Positions 14,311 to 27,899 of a stretch of 64,000 nt of DNA are shown piece after piece. Within the stretch, counting starts at the first letter, position 1. Every line of letters starts with the position of its first letter. The stretch is from positions 11,036,001-11,100,000 of the forward strand of contig JAQFVV010000010.1 of NCBI GenBank assembly GCA_028023455.1. Direction: 5' to 3'. A program made the position numbers and the translations under genes. Source of the DNA: Epiperipatus broadwayi (lineage: Eukaryota; Animalia; Onychophora). The notes beneath the pieces were generated by a model, which was not told the origin of the DNA, made no database searches, and was given only the letters and a program-made list of their open reading frames with translations.

Positions 14311-15180
14311 TTATGTTAATTTATAACAAAGAACATAAGGGTATAAGAAAAATACAACAAAGTTGTAAGAATGTTTATTATATTCTAACTCTTCTAAGCA
14401 TCAATTTATCAAGCTATTCATCTGATTAAAATTTTTCATTACTCAATATTTTTTTAATTATAGTTATGTTCATCAATATTCACTGGATGACCGTTGAATA
14501 CATAGTTAGTATGTAATGCTATCTAACATATTTAGATTGAAAAACTAGTAACATGTGCAAAAGTACAGATTGAAAATCATTGTAATTGGTTAAACAGTTT
14601 TTGGGGTCAAAAAGATTTTTCTTTATTTCATCAGAAATTTGTTTAAAGTTTTCCCATAAAAACCATAATGGATTCACAAACAAGAGAACACAGATTTCTA
14701 ATTTGGAAGATGTTTATCACTTGCAATTCCAAACTAAAGCTTTTTTTTTGTTTTTAATTATGAGAGAAGAAAAAAAGTGTTTCCAATTTTGTTTTAATAA
14801 GATTATATATGACTCACTTTTTTTTTTTTTAAAAAAAAAAAAGATATTTAGCATTTAAGAGTTTCACCTTGAATACTGTAGAATTTATATGAAATGATCA
14901 AAAGATAATTTTCTAATTATCATTTAACCCAAATAGAATTTTTTTTCATGTGGATGGATATTATGAGGGTATCTAGCAATAATTTGTTTCATTAATTTAA
15001 TGGAAGAGTGAATTACACTCAATTTGAATTTGCAGCCAGAACAATGTGGTGAAATTATTGTATTTAATATAGTATCAATAAGGTTCCATAGAGCCATATA
15101 GTTCAACTTAATTAAGCAGAAGTTTATTTCAATATTCTGAATACATCCATCCAGGTATATTTCAAAACACTAAATATCAC

Positions 15181-15262
15181 ATTTTATGCATAAACCTTCT
15201 TGCATCCATTGATTGCTCTGGCTTGCACTGAGTGGCACTACTGTATGAAGAGTTTGGTCTCT
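15181..15262 (+). mobile_element. Family A fragment
   Basis: ATTTTATGCATAAACCTTCTTGCATCCATTGATTGCTCTGGCTTGCACTGAGTGGCACTACTGTATG. Confidence 0.85.
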
Positions 15263-15889
15263 GTGTATATTCAAACATTGATATAAAATGTTGGATCTTT
15301 CCATAATTTTTAAAATGATCTTGCAGTGATAATGGCACAAGTTCAAACTCATTATATTGCAGAGATTCTCAGTATTATATGACAGATTAGTCAATGTTTT
15401 GATCTTCAAAGATAAGTCATAATTTTTTTTTTTATTAATACCACTCACTATTTGCTATTCGCTCACTATTTGCTATTCAAATGAATGATTTTGGCTTCTA
15501 TCAATAAAAATGCTCCTGAATTATTACCATTCATTTTCTTGTTATTTTTTTCTTTATATCCACTAATATCTCAAGCATAACAAATCAAGAAAAAACTAGT
15601 TTATAAAAGCTCAAAAGCAAATCCAATATAAAGAAAGCTGCACCATTAAAAAATCAAGCCCCCATTTGGAAAACATTTAGAAGAGTGTATATCTGTAAAA
15701 AATATAAGCTAACTCCACTACTGTTTTTAAAATTATGTCATTTGTAAATAGTAAATATAAAAATATTTGATATAAAAACACTTTTATTTATTTAATTTGA
15801 TAAATAATCCACTAAAAAACAAAAAATTCTTTTTTATGTGTGAGCATAAAGAATGGTGGTCATGTTATGGTTGGGAATTTAATTTTACA

Positions 15890-16115
15890 CAGAAGCAAAA
15901 CTCTCCATACAGCAGTACCACTCAGTGCAAGCCAGAGTAATCAATGGATGCAGGAAGGTTAGTGTATAAAATCCCTATCTAGTGCCTACTCATACAATAT
16001 TCCAGACTAGTTTAGGCACTAGATAGTGGTTTTATGCAATAATCTTTCTGCATCCATTGATTACTCTGGCTTGCAGTGAGTGGCGATACTGTATGGAAAG
16101 TTTTGCCTCTGTGAA
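15890..16115. mobile_element. Family A short foldback
   Basis: Arm ~15890-16012 and inverted arm ~16013-16115. Confidence 0.85.
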
Positions 16116-16253
16116 AAACAGCTTGTGTAAATGCAAAGAATGGTAATCATATGATATTTTGATAATTTAATTTTAGTTGTTATTTGTAACTTTAAATAAA
16201 AAATGTAGTGTACCCATAAATTAATCATTTCAATAACTATTACATAAAAAATA

Positions 16254-17163
16254 TTAAAACAGGTAAAACTCTCTATACATATTGCCACTCAGTGCACAAG
16301 CCAGGGTAATCAATGGATGTCAGAAGGCTTGTGCATAAAATCCCCAACAATTTCCCACTCATCCAATATCCCCAGACAAGTTTCTGGTTTGTGGCCTTTG
16401 TCAGTAAGGAGCCTTGGATCTAAGAGCACTGCACCTAGATCTTGGGATCTAGTGCAATTCTCCAACAATCACCTTTTATCTCTACTTAACTACATAACTA
16501 TGAGTCTTAAGTTGAAAACACTATATTTTTAATTCAAGCTCATCAGCTTATATAGTCATATAGCTCTGAACTCAGTTCAGTACCTATACATTTTGGTGTC
16601 TTTGGTTTTTTAATAACCATAGCCAACACTATCCGATTAGGCAGAATTGGTTTTAAGCCAATAAACATCACACGATCACCATTTCTTATGCTTGCTTATA
16701 ACTGTTATTGGCTTAAAACCAATCCTGCCTAATAGGATGGTGGTGGTTATGATTATTAAAGAACCAAAGACAACCAAAATGTATAGGTACTGAACTGAGT
16801 TTGGACCTATATGACTATATAAGCTGATAAGTTTAATTGAAAATATTATGTTTTCAATTTACAACTCATAGTTTTGTAGTTAAGTAGAGATAAAAGGTGG
16901 CTGATGGAGGGTTGCATTAGATCCTAAGATCTAGGTGCAGTGCACTCAGATTCAAGGCTCCTCACTGACAAAGGTTACAAGTCAGAAACTAGTCTGGGGA
17001 TATTGGATGAGTAGGCACTAGATGGGGATTTTATGCACAAGCCTTCTGGCATCCATTGATTACTCTGGCTTGCACTGAGTGGCAATACTGTATGTAGAGT
17101 TTTGCCTGTTTTAATAACAGTTACAAGCAAGCATAAGAAATGGTTATCAAGTGATGTTTATTA
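16254..17163. mobile_element. Family A foldback of two full units with 13-bp TSD
   Basis: Arms meet at ~16706. TACATAAAAAATA at 16241-16253 and 17164-17176. Both HHR cores read CTGACAA (G8 lost). Confidence 0.9.
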
Positions 17164-18123
17164 TACATAAAAAATAGTGATTGGATTAATTAATTTATGG
17201 ACATCCCACACTTTATTTAAAGTTACACTTAACAATAGTACATTACTTATCAAATTGAATTAAGGTGCTTTTTTAGAAAATATTTTTTATATAATTTTTT
17301 AGTATTCAAGTCTATCCCTATATTCACTCCAATTTTTCAAAATTATTTATCATAAACAGGAAGCTATTTGTATTTAATTTTAAAAACTGAAAATGTAAAC
17401 ACTATCACTGTGTTTCTACTATTTGAAATTAAATTCATGCACATTAAAACTCAGTTCCAAGATTATTGTGTTTATGTAATCAATGGTTTGAAGAATCAAG
17501 TTATAGTTAAACAATCAAAAGAAATTAAGATTTCATCCTCCCTTTCTTTTTCCTTCTATTTTAATCAACTGCCATCAAATTAAATGAAAACATACTTTTA
17601 AAAAATTATAATACCATCTATTGTACATCACTAAAACTTACCAATCCAATTTCAATGCAGTTTTATATGTTGCTCATCAACACTGTTAGGTTGGACAACT
17701 CTGAAATATTGCATTTTGACATTGCACTGCCATCAAAACAGAACACTTATAGAAATTTTGAAGAAAATCCATTCCAGTAGTAGTAGGTTAAAAGTCAGAA
17801 GATTTGAAACAAATAAATAAAAGTCTTAAGTTAAATAAAAGAATTTTAAATATTACTCTAAAAGTAAGTTTTTTTCTAACACTTTTAAAGAAAAAAGATG
17901 GGTAACATTACAAAAAAATCATGTTAAAAATGATAATGTTAAATTGCTTCTGAGGGTGGGTACAAATCTACTAAAAATAATGATACATTCAGCTTGTTAG
18001 AGCAATATTACAACCAACCCTTCATTATAGATTTAAACTATAGTATTCTTGTTAATCAAAGGTTTGTTGGAGATAATAAAACTATTCGACTAGCAATTTC
18101 TAAAGTAACTATTTATTTTGTAA

Positions 18124-18308
18124 TAGTGGTTCTCAACCTTCCTAATGCCACAACCCTTTAATACAGTTCCTTATGTTGTGGTAACCCCCAACCTTAAAAT
18201 TATTTTTTTATTACTTCATAACTGTAATTTTCAATGGCCTTAGGTGACCCTTGTGAAAGGGTTGTTCAACCCTCAAAGGGGTCACGACTCACAGGTTGAG
18301 AACCGCTG
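18124..18308. mobile_element. hAT MITE resembling SPIN/URR1 non-autonomous elements
   Basis: TIRs (T)AGTGGTTCTCAACCT / AGGTTGAGAACCGCTG; TSD TTTTGTAA / TTTTATAA (7/8). The body matches my recollection of URR1 (GGAACTGTATTAAAGGG, TGGGGGT.ACCACAACAT, CCCTTTCACA.GGGTC). Confidence 0.85.
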
Positions 18309-18462
18309 TTTTATAACTTAATTTTCCCATGTATATTTTTGAAATAATCTATAATTTCGAAATCAGAAGAGTGACATTTTAATGAGTAGCAGAATCGTAT
18401 CAGCAAGGATATTTTATAAATCTGAATTTAACTGTAACAACACTTCTATTTCATAACTATTT

Positions 18463-18555
18463 TTTTCCATATATCAAAACATTGACTGGGAAGCAAACCC
18501 AGGCCAGCTGCTTAGAAGGCAGCTATACTAACCACTAGGCCACCAATGCTTGACT
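18463..18555 (-). mobile_element. tRNA-derived SINE copy
   Basis: Reverse complement starts TCAAGCATTGGTGGCCTAGTGG and contains GGGTTTGCTTCCCAG. Confidence 0.7.
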
Positions 18556-19439
18556 AACTATTTTCATGTAGTAGATAACTACATTGATCAATTCTCTGAC
18601 CATTTTAATAAAATAACATTTACTAGATAGTAATTAAGTTGTTCTTTCAATAATTTCAGATTACATTAAAAAATATTCAACAACTCTCATAAAGATAAGT
18701 TTTAAATCTAAGTTCATATTTGTTAACATCAACATTTCATTTGCAATACATGTATTTTATTTCAAAATATATTGTTTTGTATGTCTGTGTGTCATCTACA
18801 AATTACATTATTTCAGCAATGCTAACCTTATAATCAGTTACAGAAGTGATGCTACAACATAATTTCCCATTGGGTTACTTGAGTCATTGACCTTTGAATA
18901 TAAAAATAAACAGAGTTTAAATGCAATAATAGATGCTTGGTTGTGAGATATGCTATCAGACCGAGAAAAATTCGGTAAATCACTTGTAAGCCAAAGAGGT
19001 GAAATGATGCTAACAAATATATGTATTGTATTATATAGCCTAAGACAAAAAGTGAAATTTAATATTGTGAAATAAGTGATTAGATTGAGATAAAAAAATG
19101 TTTTCTCTGTGGAATGTGATTAAACGAATATTCAAATAAACATCATCTCTAGCGGCCATCGTGCAGGTCAGGTAAGAGTACCAATAATAAGATAGGATAA
19201 TTAATATAAGACTAATATAAAACAGAAAGAATATAGATATCTGAGAAGAGAGATTTATTGTATGCATAAAGGAGAATGTAATGCATGTTTTAATGATAAA
19301 GTAACTGAAAAATAAATTATCACAAGAAGTAAATAATATTTACTAAGGTAGTAAACCTAAAGCATGTGCAGTTGAAAATGTGAAGGTAGGGACCTCTACA
19401 GGTCTTAACCACAAGCTTACACAGTTAAGGAAAAATAGA

Positions 19440-21200
19440 TACTGGATAGAATTTACCTGCAGCTGAAAAAAGTCATATACAAAAATGAGCTCAGAAAGAG
19501 CAAATGTGACAGTCGATAAAACACAAGGTAAGTGATAAATAAAATGTATTAAGAAAGAATTGTCAAATAATGAGAAATAAGTGCAAGAAAAGTTAGTTTC
19601 AAAATTAGAGAAGAATTATGAGAGAAAATCAAAATTATTGTGAAGAAAAGTCAAGAGAATAGGCAAGTAATCATGGAAAAAACATAAAATATAATTGATG
19701 AAGAAGGGAGAGTAAAGAGGAAAAGTGGAAAAAATTCTAAAAGAAACTAAAATGAAATATAAATCAATGAAGTTGCAATATGAAGAAATGAACATGAGAG
19801 TTTGAAAGAGCAAATCGAGGCAATCCAGAAGGAAATAGTCAAAGATTTGCAACAGTTAAAAATAGGTATCTATTATAAAAAATAGTCAAATACTTTATTA
19901 CTCATGAATGCAGAAGTTTAAACACTAAAAGATGATAGAGTGAATTCCAGAGTCCCCTACTTTATTCTGAACTAAAGCATTTAGCATAAAGAAGTATTTA
20001 AATAAAAGAAAACAGTTGAAGAAATAGCTTGAAAAACTGCTGCAAAAAAAAAAGTAACCAAAGAGGAATCAAAATCTAACAAAAGATTTAAATCTAAGAG
20101 AAAGAGATACAGCATGTTAAATGGCAATATTAGGATTTTTGAAAATAAAAACTTTCCACATTAATTCTGGAAAAATACTAACGAACCATTTGGACAGTCT
20201 TGATAGCTATTTCTGTGTGAATTGGATGGAGATATAATATAACACCCACATGAAAGAACTGGCAGGGAGATTTTAGTCATTGAAGAAATCCTGTTTTATA
20301 AGTTTCTAAGCCAATCTTAATTGTCACGAGGATTATAAAAAACATTATTGAAGGAGTGTTGTACAAAAGAATAAGACCAAATAAGCAATACAGCATAGGA
20401 TCAGGAGGAAGCTACAGAGTTTATTCAGATAGAAGTGGCTAACCTCAAATCATTAAAAATAGATACCATATCAAATTTAGCAAAATAATTTGGAAACTAT
20501 CTTTGCCCTATAAAATTGGCTAAATAATCATGTCCAATGATTAAATAATGATACAGTAGTTGGCTTAGCTGCTTAATTCAATGGACATTGTCAATCTAAT
20601 TCAAAGAGAACATGAAAAAGAGACTGAATTTTCAAATTATAATAATAAAAATTTATACAAGAATAAAGATAACTTTAATGCAAATTACATGAGTGGAACA
20701 AATTAAGAGACCTTCTCAACATGAAAATATGAAGCAATGACATAAAAAAGATAAACTGCCCAGAAAAAAGAAGATATGTCCAAAGTAGATGCTTATTTTT
20801 AAGAGAGTGGGTTGAGAGTCAACCTAGCTAGAACTTAGTGTAAGCCCAAATCAACAAAGAAAAAGCCTATACAAAAATGGCTGACTAAAAAGGAGTTAGA
20901 TTATAAGGGTAAAAATGACATACCATCATCTATCAAAGTTTTCAGTATATCGAAAAGTAAGATGACTAAGTACTATGCCAAAGCAGTCAAAATATAGCTC
21001 TGTATATTTTCTGTGACCCATGACTGAGGAAAAAAGAAAATAGCAAAAAAGCTCAATAGTAATCAAAAGAGATAGTTTATTACAGTAAGTCAGAAGACCT
21101 GATATATAGATTACTCTGTATCTAAAGGACAAGACTGCCTAAATACATGACAAAATCTATCCAAAATGTTCACATCTGATGGATAAGGAACCAAGATAGT
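19440..21200 (+). pseudogene. Heavily decayed gag-like (K/E coiled-coil) LTR-element internal region
   Basis: Purine-rich interrupted K/E-rich frame at ~19480-19860 and an integrase-tail-like stretch at ~21050-21200; no LTRs found. Confidence 0.3.
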
Positions 21201-21923
21201 AGGATAAATTTTAATCTGCATCTGAATTAAAAATGGAAAAAAAAAACTAAGATGCATAAGATAAAAGGTATCAGTGAAGAAAAGAAATATCTCACTAAGT
21301 AGACAAAAACATTAATAACATTTAATGATAGAGAGTTTGTTATAAGGTAGATTGATGGTGTGGGATGAAAGAACAGTTTCTGTTTTTATTATTCACAGCA
21401 AAGATGAAGATTATGTTTTGTTGAGACATTGCTGAATTCAAGTTAGTTTATTATTAACTATTATAAAATTTTTAAGGTGGATTTTTCTGCACAAAAAGTG
21501 TGGAATTATAGTCATTCAATTGACAAAACCATATTCAAATGGTGAAAATCTCTGATTTAGCTACTTATAATATTTTTTATACTAGTGACATAAAATTCTA
21601 GTGATGTTTTGCAGAACTAATATTGTGATATTTAGATTAATATACTGGCTCTGAAGACGGTTGCTTTGCAGGTCATAAAGGAATTTCAGTAGAAGTACTG
21701 TAGACTTATACAAAATAGGAGTCTTGCGTAGATAGGAGAGTGATCTTATAATAAACTTCATCTTTACCAATTACATATAGTAAGGAGTATGTCAACCTAG
21801 AATAAAAGAAGTGTCATAAATACTTTTTTTGATCATATAATTTACACTGACTATATACCTACTGCATGAAAAAGCCATGTAAAAAGAAGACAAGTTAAGG
21901 GTCACCATTTGAAAATATAAATA

Positions 21924-22675
21924 AACATCACATGATCACTACTTCTTATGCTTGTGTATAACTGTTGTTAAAACAGGCAAAACTCATTATACATATCGCC
22001 ATACACAGCAAGCTAGAATAATCAATGGATGCCAGAAGGCTTGTGCATAAAATTCCCATCTAGTGTCTACTCATTCAATATCCCCAGACTAGTTTCTGGC
22101 TTGTGACCTTTGTCAGTGAGAAGCCTTGGATCTGAGAGCATTGCACCGAGATCTTAGGATCTAATGCAACCTCCAGCAGCTACCTTTTATCTCCAATTAA
22201 CTACAAAACTATGAGTCTTAAACTGAAAACACCTTAATGTTTTAATCCAAGCCCATTAGCTTATATAGTCATATGGGTCTGAACTCAGTTCAGTACCCAT
22301 ACATTTTGCTGTCTTTGGTTCTTTAATAACCATAGTTACCACTATTCTATTAGACAGGATTGGTTTTAAGCCAATAAACATCACATGACCACCACCACCT
22401 CTTATGTTGTGTATAACTTGTTAAAACAGGCAAAACTCGCTATGCGTATTTCCACACACACAGCAAGCTAGAATAATCAATGGATGCCAGAAGACCTGTG
22501 CATAAAATCCCCATCTAGTATCTACTCATCTAGTATCTACTCATCCATTATCCCCAGACTAGTTTCTGGCTTGTGGATGAGTAGGCACTAGATGGGGATT
22601 TTATGCACAAGCCTTCTGACATCCATTGATTATTCTAGCTTGCTGTGTGTCGCAATACGTATAGTGGGTTTTGCC
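21924..22675. mobile_element. Family A (subfamily A2) ~1.4 tandem units plus inverted arm, 14-bp TSD
   Basis: Period 453 bp (ACAGG at 21973 and 22426); TGAAAATATAAATA 21910-21923 / TGAAAATAGAAATA 22676-22689. Confidence 0.9.
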
Positions 22676-22974
22676 TGAAAATAGAAATACATGACCATCC
22701 CATGAAAAATAGTAATGTGGGGGAAAATGAATAAATCTTAGATTTAACCAGATAAAAAAGTAGAGATGGTAACTATTTTTATTTTATTCAGGTTGGGGAA
22801 TCTCGTAATAAAAAAACAGGACTAACTTTTAGTTCAGTTGCATACCATAAGTAAGATATATAAAATTTGCAAATTAATTAAATATTTTTGTTAAAACTAA
22901 AAGTTTGTTAATACTAGAAATAATACTTTTAAATAAGAATATTTTGTTAGCGGCAAAGTTTTTTTTTTTTGTAT

Positions 22975-23045
22975 AGCATCCATTGTTTTCTCTGGCTTGC
23001 ACTGAGTGGCTCTACTGTATGGAGAGTTTTGCCTGTTTTAATTGC
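22975..23045 (+). mobile_element. Family A fragment
   Basis: GCATCCATTG...GGAGAGTTTTGCCTGTTTTAA. Confidence 0.8.
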
Positions 23046-23565
23046 AAAAAGATGCTAAGAAGGTATCACTTTTAAAATATATATAAATAATTATATAACA
23101 TAAAATTTGCAATGAAAAAAAAAAGATAGATTTTGGAAAACGTTTTATTAAATGTAAATGTATTGAAAAGTTATTTAATTATGATAAAAGAAGAGATTTT
23201 GAAGAAGGGAGTATATTCCATGTTAGCATGTGAAAAGAAGATATAAATGGAGAGATTCCATATAGATTGATTAAACAAATCCACGTTTCTTGAAATTGTG
23301 ATCGTTTGAAAACAAAGGAGTTTCAGCAAAAGGAAGAAAAATATAGCTGCTAGAAATTATAATACCATTAACTGTAATTGAAGAAAACTGCAACCTTAAT
23401 GGGAAACAGTGAAAATCTTTGAAAATAATAAAAAAAACATAAATAATTTAGCTAGAATCAAGGTTTGTGACTAGATATCCCTTTTGCATTGCCACAGCTT
23501 GTCCAGGTGGGTAGCAATCTACTTCTTCATAATGGAAGAACTGGCAGATGGGAAAACCTTGAAGT

Positions 23566-24052
23566 ATTAAACCACTAAACATCACACAATCACCATCTCA
23601 TGCTTCTTATGAGCAAGCATAAGAATGGTGATCCTGTGATGTTTAGTGGTTTAATATCAATCATGCCTAATAGGATAATGGTGGCTATGGCTATTAAAGA
23701 AACAAAGACACCAAAATGTATGGGTACTGAACTGAGTTCAGACCTATATGACTATATAAACTAATGAGCTTGGATTATAAACATTATTGTGTTTTCAATT
23801 TCAGACTCATAGTTTCGTAGTTAAGTAGAGATTAAAAGGTGGCTGCTGGAGGGTTGCATTAGATCCTAAGATCTAGGTGCAATGTTATCAGATCCAAGGC
23901 TCCTCACTGATGAAAGCCACAAGCTAGAAACTAGTCTGGGGATATTGGATGAGTAGGCACTAGATAAAGATTTTATGCACAAGGCTTCTGGCATCCATTG
24001 ATTACTCTGGTTTGCATTGAGTGGCACTACTGATGGAGAGTTTGCCTGTTTT
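23566..24052 (+). mobile_element. Family A near-full unit with short inverted 5' arm, 13-bp TSD
   Basis: AAAACCTTGAAGT at 23553-23565 and 24053-24065; inverted arm ~23568-23617. Confidence 0.9.
23892..23950 (+). ncRNA. Type I hammerhead ribozyme, intact core (family A)
   Basis: ATCCAA GGC TCCTCA CTGATGA AAGC CACAA GCTA GAAA CTAG TC^ TGGGGA TA TTGGAT; predicted cleavage after 23936. Confidence 0.8.
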
Positions 24053-24553
24053 AAAACCTTGAAGTGTCTATGAGAATGCCTTTTTTTCTAGAGTTGCATA
24101 AAGTGAAGTCAGAAGTAGTCTAAACTTCTACAAGTCCCAAGAATCTTTAAAGACCAAAGTAATTTGTTAATATGTAAAGTTTTCTAAATAAAAAAATATT
24201 TAAAACTGCAAATATCATAAATAAAATCATACCTGAAAGAAAATTAGATGAAGAGAATAGTGCAACAAGAATGATGGCAAATTCAACCAAATTAAAATTC
24301 ATTACTGTTAAAAGTTTGGGAATGCACTAAACTAAAAAATACATTATAATATGGCAGATGCTTGAGAAACTGAATGTCAGAAATTTTAGATATAAAAGTT
24401 GAGTATATTAGTTAATGTAGAAGTTTAAATTATACATACTATGTAAAAAGTATAATTTCTAATTAATAGCATATTTTTTAGAAAATATTAAACCTTAAAT
24501 TATAATAAGTTAATGTTAATTTATTACAATTTTTGTCTTAAATATTATTTATA

Positions 24554-24628
24554 TTTTCCATATGTCAAATGCGTTGAGCCGTGCTTGGAAGGCAGCTATG
24601 TTAACTGCTAGGCCACCAACACTTGACA
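24554..24628 (-). mobile_element. Degenerate tRNA-derived SINE copy
   Basis: GGCAGCTATGTTAACTGCTAGGCCACCAACACTTGAC matches the family 5' half. Confidence 0.55.
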
Positions 24629-25403
24629 AATATTATTTATAATTTGAAATATTAATATTTTTTAAAAACTATCTCTTAAGTTAATGATATTAAAAAAATA
24701 TCTCTCATATTTCTCTTTAATTTTAACTTAAAGCATTGAAAATATGAAATGACTGTACACTATTTTTTAATAATTTTATCATTCTCAGAAATGTAGTAAC
24801 TGATAGATATGTCTATATTAAAGAACAGTTTTTATTAATCCTGGGATTAAGATATAATAAATAAAAAATTGCAATGTAATTCATATATAATCATTTTTTA
24901 TAGCAAACAGTATTGGAGAGTCTGGTTTAGGTTCATTATACCTCAATCGAATAATAAGCATTTTATTAATAGTAATAATCACAAAGCAAATGATTTTCTA
25001 TTTAGGTCAAATAGTAGCAATATTAAAATACAACTTTGCTTATTTGTATTTATATTTAGTTTTACATCTTAGAAGTTTCTTTATCTTTCTTATCTAAACA
25101 GGAATGTGTGTGTTCATGCTATATGCATGATAATAATGATTGTGATAGTAGAACTAAATCACGAGGTAAGTGATAATATATGGCAATAATGATGAGATAA
25201 GTAATCATAATATAGTTATGTGATTATGGTGATAATGAAATAAATGAAGCTGCCTGATAAACATGATATCTAGAAATGATTAAAATCATAAGAAGCATTA
25301 TGTTACATCAAGAACATAATTATGTATATGAAGTCTTGTGATCAGCTGGGTTGAATCCAGGGATGAAGATTGAGATAAATAAGAGATTGTAAGAATTAAT
25401 AGG

Positions 25404-25821
25404 TTTTAAAACAGGCAAAACTCACTATACATATTGCCATACACAGCAAGCTAGAGTAATCAATGGATGCCAGAAGGCTTGTTCATAAAATCCCCATCTA
25501 GTGCCTACTCATCCAATATCCCCAGACTAGATTCTGGCTTGTGGCCTTCATTAATGAGGAGCCTTGGATCTGAGAGGGATCTGAGAGCACTGCACCTAGA
25601 TCTTAGATCCAAGGCTCCTCACTGATGAAGGCCACAAGCCAGAAACTAGTCTGGGGATATTGGATGAGTAGGCACTAGATGGGGATTTTATTCACAAGCT
25701 TTCTGGAATCCATTGATTACTTTAGCTTGCTGTGTATGGCAATATGTATAGTGAGTTTTGCCTGTTTTAAAACAGTTATACACAAGCACAAGAAGTGGTG
25801 GTCATGTGATGTTTATTGGTT
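25404..25821. mobile_element. Family A (A2) head-to-head foldback, 14-bp TSD
   Basis: TAAGAATTAATAGG at 25390-25403 and 25822-25835; arms meet at ~25603. Confidence 0.92.
25607..25665 (+). ncRNA. Type I hammerhead ribozyme, intact core (family A)
   Basis: ATCCAA GGC TCCTCA CTGATGA AGGC CACAA GCCA GAAA CTAG TC^ TGGGGA TA TTGGAT; predicted cleavage after 25651. Confidence 0.82.
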
Positions 25822-27362
25822 TAAGAATTAATAGGATTTGTAATACATTGGCCTTGATTAATAGAGGTACTGCCAAGTGTTGGACATGGGTAATAAAACT
25901 GATTTTTGTCTACAACCCGATCTGATCTCTTGTGATACTAAAATATGTGGTTTCTTTCAGTTTTCAAAAATAATGCATCAATGAAATGGTATGAAAGAGA
26001 AATGCTCTATCAAATTACAATATACATATTGTACCGTATTTTTGTATAATTAGCATTGGTAATTTAAAATTAAAATTATTACATTTTTTAAAAGAGAGAA
26101 TTTTTAAAAAATATAATCTGATTTATTTTAGACAATGTAAATTATATATTTTTTCTAGTTAAAAAAATAAAAAGAGAGACAATAACAAAATGTTATTTTT
26201 GATTTTGATAAGATAAGAATATAAATTCTTATCGTAAAACAATTAACATTATTTAAAGTTAAAATCACAGCATTACTTCACCATAATTAAAGATGGCCAC
26301 TGAGGGGGGGGGATGAATTTAGAAACAATAATTACAATAAATTGGTCAAAAGTAAAAAGGTGTAAACAATGTGTGCACGGTAGACTAAAAATCAGGGAGG
26401 GTACAAAAGCAAACCCTTTGTAGATCTTTCATCTTACATCTTTTGTTTTCATCTTCTTTTGCCTGGTGTTATTTATGACCTCCAAAAACAATTTAATCTA
26501 AACAGATTTTGATCTTTTAGAGGGAATCTAAAATGCAGCAAGCTATTTCCATCAGTGGACTGCATTGTTGTAACATGTGAGTAGAGAATAGTTTGTTCAC
26601 AATGCTTTCTTCCTTCCTGAAATTGTATAATGCTGTGAATGAAGCCATCACTTCCCTGAATTTTTGAATCTCTGGACTACCTACAAGCTGTAATAATATC
26701 ATACAAAAGATCCCACTCAGGACAAACAAAACCATGCATGGGAATTCTCTAAATGCTATAACTGAACAGTTGAAACTTACCGATAAGAAACTTTATCTTA
26801 TATGTTATAAGTAATCACATTCTTGAAACTATAAGTAATTTTGAAGACTGTGTTTACTCATATTACAGACAATTAGAATCCCAAGAACCTTTGCTTTTGA
26901 TACTCACCTTATTTTTAATATTATATTTTATTCTCTCCTTAGAATTATAAATATTTATTATATTTATGAATTAATAAACTTTATGAATATAACTTATTTT
27001 GTTGTCTATCTAAATTTATTATTAGCATATTATTAGTTAAATTCTATTATTATTATTTTGCCAAATAAATTTCCAATGCTGTATCTAAAAATATAATCCT
27101 CCAGAGTGTAACAAATTATCATTTAATAGTGACTAATAAAGATAGTTGGTGAGATCCAGTGTATTCGTGTATAAAATCCTGGTGTCTAATAAACAAATTA
27201 AAAACTGGTTCTTTTTCCCATTATTAGTAAAAGTTAGTTATGTTAAAAGTGAATTGTGTGATTGAAAAATAATTACTTTCATGAAAAATACCCAACATAT
27301 TTCTAATAAACAAATTATAAGAGCGGATTTAATTTGGCCACCAAATATGTGTAATATATACA

Positions 27363-27467
27363 TTTTTTTCTCATGTGTCATAGCATCAGTTGAGAAGCAA
27401 ACCCTATAACCCAGGACAACTGCTTGAAAAACAGCTGTCACTGACCGCTTGACCATCAATGCTTGAC
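27363..27467 (-). mobile_element. tRNA-derived SINE copy
   Basis: CATGTGTCATAGCATCAG...AACCCAGGACAACTGC...CAATGCTTGAC. Confidence 0.8.
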
Positions 27468-27899
27468 AAACATTCAACATGAGGCTTATGTGCCATAAGC
27501 ACAGCCCAGACATAGGGTTTGGAAACTCACAACCCGAGATTAGAGTAGGAGTTAGAAGGAATAAATTTTGAAGTATAAAAGCAGGGTCATTAAAAAAATC
27601 TTACTGTGTACATAAATGGGGAGGAAGGTGAAAGTAGGCAAACATATGGTAAAGAAAATAGCTCAAAAGGAAAGTGACAATGGGGAGAAGAAGGTCAGTG
27701 AATATAATAGTGAAATAAAAATAATAAAATAAATATTAGTTAGTGTTAAAGGAAATAAAATTCAAGTAAAATATATGAGTAAGAAAGATAGAAAATTCAT
27801 AGTAAAGAAAATTGTAGAAAATTAAGAATAGTAAAACCATGGCAGTAGAAATGAAAAGAGTAGACACAGTGGTATAAGATGATAAACTTTGCATCCCAA

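Noticed and set aside
23937-24010. Internal Pol III promoter downstream of the family A cleavage site
   Set aside because: An A-box-like TGGATGAGTAGG is present but there is no convincing B box at a suitable distance.
26205-26240. TTGATAA plus 9-bp hairpin plus GTAAAAC in the Gypsy LTR (also ~31242-31277) as a hammerhead
   Set aside because: Both LTRs have GTAAA rather than GAAA, the second has TTGCTAA, and I could not build stems I and III.
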